Positions 56,630-64,000 of a stretch of 64,000 nt of DNA are shown piece by piece. A program made the position numbers and the translations under genes. The notes below the pieces were generated by a model that was given only the letters and a program-made list of their open reading frames with translations, ran no database searches and was not told the origin of the DNA. Origin of the DNA: Candidatus Omnitrophota bacterium. Its GTDB lineage: Bacteria > Omnitrophota > Gorgyraeia > Gygaellales > Profunditerraquicolaceae. Within the stretch, counting starts at the first letter, position 1. Each line of letters begins with the position of its first letter. The stretch lies in assembly GCA_017992455.1 (NCBI GenBank), contig JAGOOP010000003.1:2696-66695 (forward strand), written 5' to 3'.

Positions 56630-59600
56630 CTACTTTTTTATCAAACGGAAATCGCAGAATACCAGATACACGCACGGGATCACAAAAAGGGTCAGGGCAG
56701 TCGACAGCGTCAGGCCGCCGATGACCGTGATCGCCAGCGGCGACCACAGATTAGCCGATTCGCTTTTGTCGATCGCCATGGGGATCAGCCCGAGGATGGT
56801 CGTCAGCGACGTCATCATGATCGGCCGCAGACGGTCAAGGGATGCCTCGACGATCACGGACCGTACATTGCCGGCGTATTCGGGTTTCTTGCGCATAAAA
56901 TTGATGCGGTCGATCAATACGATGGCATTGTTCACGACAATGCCCCCGAGCATGATCGAGCCGATAAGAACGCCGGTGCCCACCGGTTTATTGGTATACC
57001 GCAGAGCGATGATGGCGCCGATCGCGGCGAGCGGCACGGTCGCAAGGATGATGAACGGCTCGCTCATCGATTCGAAAAGGCTCGCAAGGATCATATACAC
57101 GAGGATCAGGCTTAAGAGGAGGGCAAACCCCAGTTCCTGCTGGTTGCGCAGCATCTTGTCGTAATTGCCGCCGATCTGCCAGAAATAATCCTTCGGGAAC
57201 TTGACTTCCTTGAGCGCCTTGATGACATTATCCGCTGCGGTGCCCAGCGCCGTGCCGCCGGTATTCGCGCTGACCTGCACCATGCGCGCTTTGTTCTTGC
57301 GCCATATTTCGCTCGGCCCCAGGTCGAATTTGAAGTTCGCCAGCTGCGAGAGGAATATCATGTGCCCGTCGGGCGTGACAAAGGTCGTCCGGCGCAACGC
57401 TTCGAAAGACTTTCTGAATTGTTCTTCCAGGCGGACGATCGTCTCGGTTTCCTTGCCGATGAGCGAGTTCGGGGAGGACGCGGTGCGCGGTATTTTCAGC
57501 ATCGCGCTTTCCTCGAGCGAGCCCGGCGCATCCGGCGTTTCCTTGATCCTGACAATGGGCTCGGTCGAGCCGCGGTAGCGCGTCGCAACGAGCCCCCGCG
57601 TGTTCGTATGCAACGCGAGCGCGATCGACTCGACGCTCAGGCCGAAATACGCCGCCTGGCGCTTGTCGATATAGAGGTGCAGTTCGGGCCGGCCCTCGCG
57701 CATGCGGATCTTGGTGTCGGTGAACTTCGGGATCGTCTGGATCCGCTGGGCGACCTGGATCGCGAGGTTCTTCAGGACGTCGTAATCATACCCGAACAGC
57801 TCCAGAATGATCTCTTTGGTGCCGACTTCTTCCGGCTCCTCATAATAAATGAACGCGGGGTCCATTTTTTCAGTGTGGGGGCGCAGTTCGTTGATCATCT
57901 GCGCCGTCGTCATCTTGCGTTGCCCGAAGGGGACCATTTCGACGAAGATCTTGCTCGACCAGGGCTCGATCTTGGCCGTGGCGGTTTTGATATCGGGATA
58001 ATTCTTGAGGATATCCTCGACCTTCTGGACAACGGCGTTCGATACGTCGAGCTTTGTCCCCGTCGGCATTTCGATGAAGATCGTGAATTTGTTCTGTTCC
58101 GCGATGCCGATGAATTCTTTTTCCAGCTTGTTGGATTCCTGGAGCGCGCGCATGAAACCGAGCGCGGCGAGGATGACAAGCAGGTAGCGCAATGCGAGCG
58201 AAATGGAGATGAACCCGCGGTAAATGTTCTGCCCGAAACCCGCCATGGCGCGCCATGCGCGCACGACCGGATGCGCCTGCCTGAACGGATCCGCCGGCGC
58301 TTTGTTGCGGATCCGTATCTTGGTCAGGAGCATAGGGACCAGCGAGATCGCGGTCAACAGCGACGCGATGAGGGAGAACGATATGGTCAGGGCGATGCCG
58401 GAATACAGCTTTTGTATTTCCGGGTTGATCCAGACGATCGGCAGGAACACGATGATCGTGGTCAAGGTCGACGCGGTGATCGCCAGGACCATTTCGTCGG
58501 CGCCTTCCATGGCGGCGATCTGTTCCCAGTGCTCGGGGTCCGGATGCTGGCTTTGCGCAAAGCGCTGGCGTTTTTTGAACGTGTTGTCGAGCACGACGAC
58601 CGCGTTGTCGATGAGCATGCCCACGCCGAGCGCAAGGCCGCTGAGCGAAATGACGTTGAGCGACAACTTGGAAAAGTACATGCAGACGAACGTCAAAAGC
58701 AGGGATACGGGTATGCAGGTCGCGATGATGAACACGAGGCGCAGGTCGCCGAGGAACACCAGGAGCACTGCGACCGCAAGCAGAGCGCCCGTTATCAAAG
58801 AGGATTTGACCTGGGCAACCGCCTGCTGGATCACATCCGCCTGATTGAACGTCAGGTTCACCTGAATGTCCGATTCGAGTATCTGGCGGAGTTTGGCGAT
58901 CTCTTCCTTGACGAGCTTCGATATCCGGACCGTGTTCGCCGTCGATTCCTTCTGCACGTAGATAGAGACGACCGGATTGGCGTTCATACGGGAGAACGAT
59001 ACCGGGTCGAGGTACGAGTCCTTGACCGTTGCGACGTCCTTGACGCGGATGACCGAGCCTTTTTCGGTCGTCGCGATGGCCAGATTTGCGATATCGTCGA
59101 GCGTTTTGAACTCGCCGATCGTCCGGACCAGGTATTTATTGCGCGCGCCTTTGATCTCGCCGGCGAGCGCGTTCTCATTATTAAGGTTTATGATGTCCAC
59201 GATCCGGTTGATGGGCAAACCGTATGACTGGAGCTTGCGCTGGTCCACCTCGATGATGACCTTGCCTTCGCGGCCTCCGGCGATCTCGGCATTGGCAACG
59301 CCCTCGATGCGCTGTATCCGGTCCTTGACCTTTTCGTCCACGATCTTGCGCAGCTGCTCCGGGGTCCTGATCGGGCTGGTGAGCGCGATGATCATGATCG
59401 GCACGTCCATGTACTCGTATTTGGCCACGACCGGCTTTTCTATTTCGGGAGGGAGCTTGTTGCGGATACGGTTGAACTTTTCCCGGACTTCGAGAGCGGC
59501 AAAATCCATATTCGTGCCGGGCTCGAACTCGAGGATGATCGTCGCATTGCCTTCTTTGGATATGGCGATGATGTTCTTCAGGTGGGTGACGCTGCCGACC

Positions 59601-59821
59601 GCTTCTTCGACGAGCTTGGTGATGCGTTTTTCGACCTCGGACGCGGGCATGCCTCCCCGGACGTCAATATTGATCGTGATGTCGCCGAAGCTGACATTGG
59701 GCATCATTTCGACCGGCAGCGCGGTGAAGGCGATGGCGCCGAGCAGCAAGACACCCAGATAGAACATCCATACGGTTATCGGCCGTTTGACGGAAAAGTC
59801 GGGTATTGAGGGAAGTCCCAT
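56630..59821 (-). CDS. RND family efflux permease (AcrB/HAE-type)
   Basis: 1063 aa with 12-TM RND architecture (PITVWMFYLGVLLLGAIAF..., GLALGVGMLIDNAVVVLDN, LGGIVVNNAIVLIDRI). Its start is 2 nt after the stop of the upstream RND gene. Confidence 0.93.
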   Translation of the reverse strand: MGLPSIPDFSVKRPITVWMFYLGVLLLGAIAFTALPVEMMPNVSFGDITINIDVRGGMPASEVEKRITKLVEEAVGSVTHLKNIIAISKEGNATIILEFEPGTNMDFAALEVREKFNRIRNKLPPEIEKPVVAKYEYMDVPIMIIALTSPIRTPEQLRKIVDEKVKDRIQRIEGVANAEIAGGREGKVIIEVDQRKLQSYGLPINRIVDIINLNNENALAGEIKGARNKYLVRTIGEFKTLDDIANLAIATTEKGSVIRVKDVATVKDSYLDPVSFSRMNANPVVSIYVQKESTANTVRISKLVKEEIAKLRQILESDIQVNLTFNQADVIQQAVAQVKSSLITGALLAVAVLLVFLGDLRLVFIIATCIPVSLLLTFVCMYFSKLSLNVISLSGLALGVGMLIDNAVVVLDNTFKKRQRFAQSQHPDPEHWEQIAAMEGADEMVLAITASTLTTIIVFLPIVWINPEIQKLYSGIALTISFSLIASLLTAISLVPMLLTKIRIRNKAPADPFRQAHPVVRAWRAMAGFGQNIYRGFISISLALRYLLVILAALGFMRALQESNKLEKEFIGIAEQNKFTIFIEMPTGTKLDVSNAVVQKVEDILKNYPDIKTATAKIEPWSSKIFVEMVPFGQRKMTTAQMINELRPHTEKMDPAFIYYEEPEEVGTKEIILELFGYDYDVLKNLAIQVAQRIQTIPKFTDTKIRMREGRPELHLYIDKRQAAYFGLSVESIALALHTNTRGLVATRYRGSTEPIVRIKETPDAPGSLEESAMLKIPRTASSPNSLIGKETETIVRLEEQFRKSFEALRRTTFVTPDGHMIFLSQLANFKFDLGPSEIWRKNKARMVQVSANTGGTALGTAADNVIKALKEVKFPKDYFWQIGGNYDKMLRNQQELGFALLLSLILVYMILASLFESMSEPFIILATVPLAAIGAIIALRYTNKPVGTGVLIGSIMLGGIVVNNAIVLIDRINFMRKKPEYAGNVRSVIVEASLDRLRPIMMTSLTTILGLIPMAIDKSESANLWSPLAITVIGGLTLSTALTLFVIPCVYLVFCDFRLIKK

Positions 59822-59823
59822 GA

Positions 59824-62800
59824 TTATTTGTTCAGCTCATACCAGCGGCCGGGCCCGAGCGGTCCTCGTGCGACAAGGATCTTTCTGCTCACCAGTTCTT
59901 TCAGGTCGCGCGCCGCTGTGGGAATGGATATCGAGAGCATGTCGGCATATTCCTTGCGGGTTATGCGCTCGACGGTCTGGAATTTTTCAAGGAGTTTGAC
60001 CTGGCGCGGGTTCAATTCCTGCGGGCCGGCCGTTGACGCGCCGGCAGCGGGTTCTTCGGGCAGTTCTGCCGCGGGCTGCGGTGACTCCGGTTTTGCAAAC
60101 GGCTCATGCGTGCGCGGCCCCTGCGCCCGGGCCTTTTTCGACCCTTCGTCCCGCTCCCGGATCAGGCGCTGTTTTTCTTCTTCCGCCCGAACTTTTTCTT
60201 CAGCGGCCTTTTGTTCGAGCGCGGCCAATTCCTCGTCCTTTTGCCGCAATAATATTTCGAGATTGCGTTTCTGCCGTTCGATCTGCTGCTGTAGTTCGGC
60301 AAGGCTCGTTTCCTTGTCGGACAACAAGCGGCGCATATCCTCGATCTGATGTTCTTTTTCGATCGATGTCTTCTGATAATCCTGCTGCTGTGTTTCAAGC
60401 TGCTCGGCAAGCGCCTTGAGGCGCTGTTCCTCTTCGGAATAATGGCGCAGCTTCGCTTCAAACTCTTTTTCTTTGTCGGCCGAGAGCGCTCCGGCGTCGG
60501 CAGCGGCTTTGGCCTGTTCCTGCGCGGATTGCATGTCGTGCTTCAGGCCAGCCAGCGCGGTTTCTTTTTCCTGCAGCTGGCGTTTGAGGTCATTGAGCTG
60601 CTTTTCCTTTTCCATGGCCTGCGATGCCATGCCTGCCTGTTGGATCTGGATCTGTTTTTGTAATTCCTGGAATGCCGCCTCTTTTTCTTCAAGCGCCTGC
60701 CTGATGTTCGCGATCTCGGCCGCAGAGGCGTCGATCAAGGGGCGCGCCTGAACACGCGAAGCTGCCGGGCCATGCGCCGGCGCATCGATGCCGACAACTT
60801 CCTGTAATAAATCCGATGCCGATTGCTCGGATGGAAGCTCTGCAGTTGGTTGACGGGGTGCGAGCGGTTCTTCTTCGGGCTGTCCGAGCCGGTCGGTTTT
60901 GCGGAAGAAAGGGATCGAGGATAATCTATCCTCGACCAGCACATACAGCGCCGGAACGAACACAAGGGTGAGGAAGGTCGCGGATATCAATCCCCCGAGC
61001 ACCGTAAGCGCAAGAGGCGCTTGTAATTCCGATCCTTCTCCAATACCAAGAGCAAGCGGCACCAGGCCCAGGATCGTCGTGCCCGAGGTCATGAGGATCG
61101 GCCGCAGGCGGGTCCGGGTAGCTTCTATGACTGCTTCTTCTGCGGTATAGCCTTTTTTCCTCAGCGCATTGATGAATTCGACCAGGACAATGCCATTGTT
61201 GACCGTGATGCCGCCGAGCATGATGATGCCCAGATACGCGACAACGTTGAGCGATGTGCGGGTGACAAGCAGGGTAAAGGCAACGCCGATAAGCGAGAGC
61301 GGCACAGTGAACATGATAAGCAGCGGCTGCCAGAGCGATTCGAATTCCGCGGCCATGATCATATAGACCAGCAATATTGCCATGATGAGCGCGAACGCAA
61401 GGCTGGCGAACGACTCCTGCATTTTCTGCTGTTCGCCCGCCAGGTCGACGGTATACGCGGCAGGAATATGGCTTTTTCGGAGCGCGGCAATGCGGCTGTT
61501 GATATCGCGCGCGACATCGGCGAAATTGCGGTTATAGATATTCGCCGTGACGACGACGCTGCGCTGCTGGTCGATGCGCTTGATCTCGGTCGGGCCCCGG
61601 CCCTTTGCCAGATATGCAAGGTCCGACATGGCCACATCAGCACCCGTCGGAGAATGAATGAGCAGGCGCTGGAGCTTGCCGAAGTCGCTTCTGTCCTGCG
61701 GCCGCAGGCGAACGCGGATGTCCACGTCCTCTTCGACATTCTTTTCCTTGAACTTCGTCGCGACATAGCCTTTGAGCGCGACCTGCGTGGTGACCGCGAT
61801 ATCGCGCACCGACAGGCCGTAGAGCGACGCTTTGTCCTTGCGGATATTGAGCTTTGTTTCGGGGCTGGGCTTTGCCATGGTCATCTTGATGCCGTAGATG
61901 CCGGGGACGGTCTTAAGCTGGTTCTGAAGCAGGTTTGCGTATCCCATGAGCTTGTTCAGGTCAGGGCCTTTGATCTCGACGACGACCGGCGCGCCCTGCT
62001 CGACGGCAGAACCGAGGGAGGTCTCCTGGGCGATATATTCGAGTTCCGCATCCTCCATGTTCTGGCCTTCAAAATAGGATTTCAGATATTGAATGACCGC
62101 GTCGGTAGAACGCCTGAAGCGGGCGCCTTTTTTATGCAGGTTCACGAGGATCTGCGCCTGGTGGCTGCCCATGGTCTGGAGCGCGCTTTTTTCCGGAGAA
62201 TCTTTTTCTTCGCTCGAGCCGATATTGACCGTGCAGTCTTTTGTTTCAGGAAGGGCGAGGATCGTCCGTTCCAGTTTGCGCGCGACCGTATCGGTTATTT
62301 CAAGGCGGGTCCCGGGCGCCAGGTCCACTTTGATGATGAACTGCCGCTGGTCCACCCGCGGCATGAATTCGCGGTCAAGCGAGAAAAGGGTGATCAGGCT
62401 CAGGGCAAAAAGTATCCCGACCACGCCGACGATCAGCAGTTTCTGCTGCATGAGGCCCGTGAACCACGCCTGGAACCTCCCGGTGAACTCGTCGGTGACC
62501 GATTCGACTTTCCTGCTGATGCGCTCATCCCGCTTTGACTCGCCGCAGATAAGCACCAGCACCGGCACAAGCGAAACGGCGACAATGATGGATGCGATGA
62601 GGGAGAAGGAGATGGTGAACGACAACTGCTTGAATATCTGCCCCGCAATTCCCACGACGAACACGAACGGCAGGAACACCGCGATATTGGTGAGCGTCGA
62701 GCCGATGATCGCCGAGGTCATTTCTCCCGTGCCCTTGACGATGGATTCCTTGAAACCCGCTTTCAACTGCAGGCGGTACCTGAATATATTCTCGATGACG

Positions 62801-64000
62801 ATATTGGCGTTATCGATGACCATGCCCACGCCCAGGGCCAGGCCGCCGAGGGACATCATGTTGAGGTTGATGCCGGAGAAATACATGAGCACCGCGGTCG
62901 CGGTGATGCACAGCGGTATCGCAGCGGTGATGATGAGCGCGGCCTTGAGTTCCCACAGGAACACAAAGAGCACGATAAATGCGAGGATCGCTCCCATAAC
63001 GCCGGCATTGCGGACATTGCCGATGGCTTCTTTGATGAAGATCGACTGGTCGTAGGTCATCTGGATCTTGACGCCCTTGGGCAGTTTTGCGGCCAGCAGC
63101 GATCTGATCTCGCGCTTGATGCCGTTGACAACGGATAGGGTGTTGGTGCCCGATTGCTTGCGGATCACCAGCGATACGTTATCCGCGCCCATATACCGGG
63201 AAATACTGGTTTTTTCCTTGACCGTGTCCTTAACCGTGGCGATATCCTTCAGATACACCAGGCGCCTGCCTTTTGCTTCCTCTTTTTCCTTTTCTTTGAC
63301 GGTCTTGGCCTTTTCTTCAGGGATATCAAGCGCCGCGGGCGTATCCTTGATCTCCGCGATCGTCTGGTATTCGCCCATGGTGCGGATCAGATACTCATAA
63401 AACGCTTCTTTGATAGTGCCGGCCGGATAGTTCAGATTGGCGGATTTAAGGCTTTCGACGATCGATACGATCGATATCTGGGACGCGCGAAGCCGCGGCT
63501 GGTCGATCTCGACGAGGATCTCGCGTTCCTCGCCGCCGGTGATCGTGGCGGAGGCAACGCCCTCGACCTTCTCTATGGCATCCTTGACGTATTTGCGGCA
63601 CATCTCGCGCAGGTCAAGCGGCGTCATAGGGCCGGTGACCGCGAGGTTGGCAACAGGCAGGTCGAACGGATTATATTTCATGACGATCGGGTCTTTTGCC
63701 TCGCGCGGCAGGCGCTCCTTGATGAGGTCGATCTTTTCCCTGACATTGAGCGCGGCGAAATCCATGTTCGTGCCCCAGTTGAACTCGACCATGACCAGGG
63801 ACGACCCTTCTTTTGATATGGAGGAGATGCGCTTGACATTATTGACCGTGCCGACCGCCTCTTCGACGATCTTGGTGATGAGCGACTCTATTTCTTCAGG
63901 TGCGGCGTTTTCATAGGACGTTACTACGGTGATCTGAGGATACGTGATGGAAGGGAAGAGTTCCTGCGGCAGTTTTGTCCAGGAGATAAGGCCCAGAAGG
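59824..64000 (-). CDS. RND family efflux permease with a C-terminal coiled-coil plus winged-helix extension (5' end beyond the right edge)
   Basis: The frame stays open to position 64000 (LLGLISWTKLPQELFPSITYPQITVVTSYENAAPEEIESLI... precedes the first Met of the track ORF). The RND core ends near FVPALYVLVEDRLSSIPFFRK (~60900). About 350 further residues follow, ending in LNPRQVKLLEKFQTVERITRKEYADMLSISIPTAARDLKELVSRKILVARGPLGPGRWYELNK. Confidence 0.9.
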   Translation of the reverse strand, partial: LLGLISWTKLPQELFPSITYPQITVVTSYENAAPEEIESLITKIVEEAVGTVNNVKRISSISKEGSSLVMVEFNWGTNMDFAALNVREKIDLIKERLPREAKDPIVMKYNPFDLPVANLAVTGPMTPLDLREMCRKYVKDAIEKVEGVASATITGGEEREILVEIDQPRLRASQISIVSIVESLKSANLNYPAGTIKEAFYEYLIRTMGEYQTIAEIKDTPAALDIPEEKAKTVKEKEKEEAKGRRLVYLKDIATVKDTVKEKTSISRYMGADNVSLVIRKQSGTNTLSVVNGIKREIRSLLAAKLPKGVKIQMTYDQSIFIKEAIGNVRNAGVMGAILAFIVLFVFLWELKAALIITAAIPLCITATAVLMYFSGINLNMMSLGGLALGVGMVIDNANIVIENIFRYRLQLKAGFKESIVKGTGEMTSAIIGSTLTNIAVFLPFVFVVGIAGQIFKQLSFTISFSLIASIIVAVSLVPVLVLICGESKRDERISRKVESVTDEFTGRFQAWFTGLMQQKLLIVGVVGILFALSLITLFSLDREFMPRVDQRQFIIKVDLAPGTRLEITDTVARKLERTILALPETKDCTVNIGSSEEKDSPEKSALQTMGSHQAQILVNLHKKGARFRRSTDAVIQYLKSYFEGQNMEDAELEYIAQETSLGSAVEQGAPVVVEIKGPDLNKLMGYANLLQNQLKTVPGIYGIKMTMAKPSPETKLNIRKDKASLYGLSVRDIAVTTQVALKGYVATKFKEKNVEEDVDIRVRLRPQDRSDFGKLQRLLIHSPTGADVAMSDLAYLAKGRGPTEIKRIDQQRSVVVTANIYNRNFADVARDINSRIAALRKSHIPAAYTVDLAGEQQKMQESFASLAFALIMAILLVYMIMAAEFESLWQPLLIMFTVPLSLIGVAFTLLVTRTSLNVVAYLGIIMLGGITVNNGIVLVEFINALRKKGYTAEEAVIEATRTRLRPILMTSGTTILGLVPLALGIGEGSELQAPLALTVLGGLISATFLTLVFVPALYVLVEDRLSSIPFFRKTDRLGQPEEEPLAPRQPTAELPSEQSASDLLQEVVGIDAPAHGPAASRVQARPLIDASAAEIANIRQALEEKEAAFQELQKQIQIQQAGMASQAMEKEKQLNDLKRQLQEKETALAGLKHDMQSAQEQAKAAADAGALSADKEKEFEAKLRHYSEEEQRLKALAEQLETQQQDYQKTSIEKEHQIEDMRRLLSDKETSLAELQQQIERQKRNLEILLRQKDEELAALEQKAAEEKVRAEEEKQRLIRERDEGSKKARAQGPRTHEPFAKPESPQPAAELPEEPAAGASTAGPQELNPRQVKLLEKFQTVERITRKEYADMLSISIPTAARDLKELVSRKILVARGPLGPGRWYELNK

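Noticed and set aside
60160-60730. Tandem DNA repeat underlying the Glu/Lys/Gln-rich tail of the RND fusion
   Set aside because: The nucleotide sequence shows biased composition but no clear periodic DNA repeat unit. The pattern is at the protein (heptad) level only.

Overview
This is a chromosomal window spanning a replication-origin neighbourhood of a GC-rich, probably anaerobic bacterium. I cannot assign a lineage from the sequence alone. The left arm, all on the minus strand, runs glmS(partial)-tRNA-Glu-gyrA-gyrB-DUF721-dnaN-dnaA. Transcription switches to the plus strand at about 9.2-9.4 kb and continues as rpmH-yidD-yidC-jagN-(LAGLIDADG)-parA-parB-ndk-yicC-gmk-rpoZ-coaC. A tRNA cluster follows, then thrS-infC-rpmI-rplT, trkA/trkA/trkH, pheS/pheT, rarA, folate genes, rny-ymdB, xseA/xseB, dxs, a four-subunit 2-oxoacid:ferredoxin oxidoreductase and gltX. 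Housekeeping content is conventional. The unusual features are these. (1) Selfish-endonuclease elements are dense near the origin: a 187-aa mini-intein in gyrB, a single-motif LAGLIDADG gene coupled to parA behind a promoter flanked by palindromes, and a double-motif LAGLIDADG gene between tRNA-Cys and tRNA-Leu. (2) Two tandem ~95-nt structured RNA-like units begin with the first 15 nt of the adjacent tRNA-Val gene. (3) An eight-gene operon (41.9-47.6 kb) encodes four prepilin-type proteins, a PilX-like anchor protein, a 461-aa protein with 32 Cys and two tandem paralogous secreted proteins. (4) A riboswitch-like leader with GEMM-I-like blocks lies 2.4 kb from a FIST / histidine kinase / REC-GGDEF (GGDDF variant) operon. 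(5) A low-GC Y1 (RAYT/IS200-like) transposase gene, bracketed by a perfect 17-bp inverted repeat, abuts tRNA-Glu. (6) An RND efflux operon has an upstream permease carrying a ~350-aa cytoplasmic coiled-coil plus winged-helix tail. No rRNA genes or CRISPR arrays were seen. All calls rest on reading the sequence and the ORF track; no searches were run.
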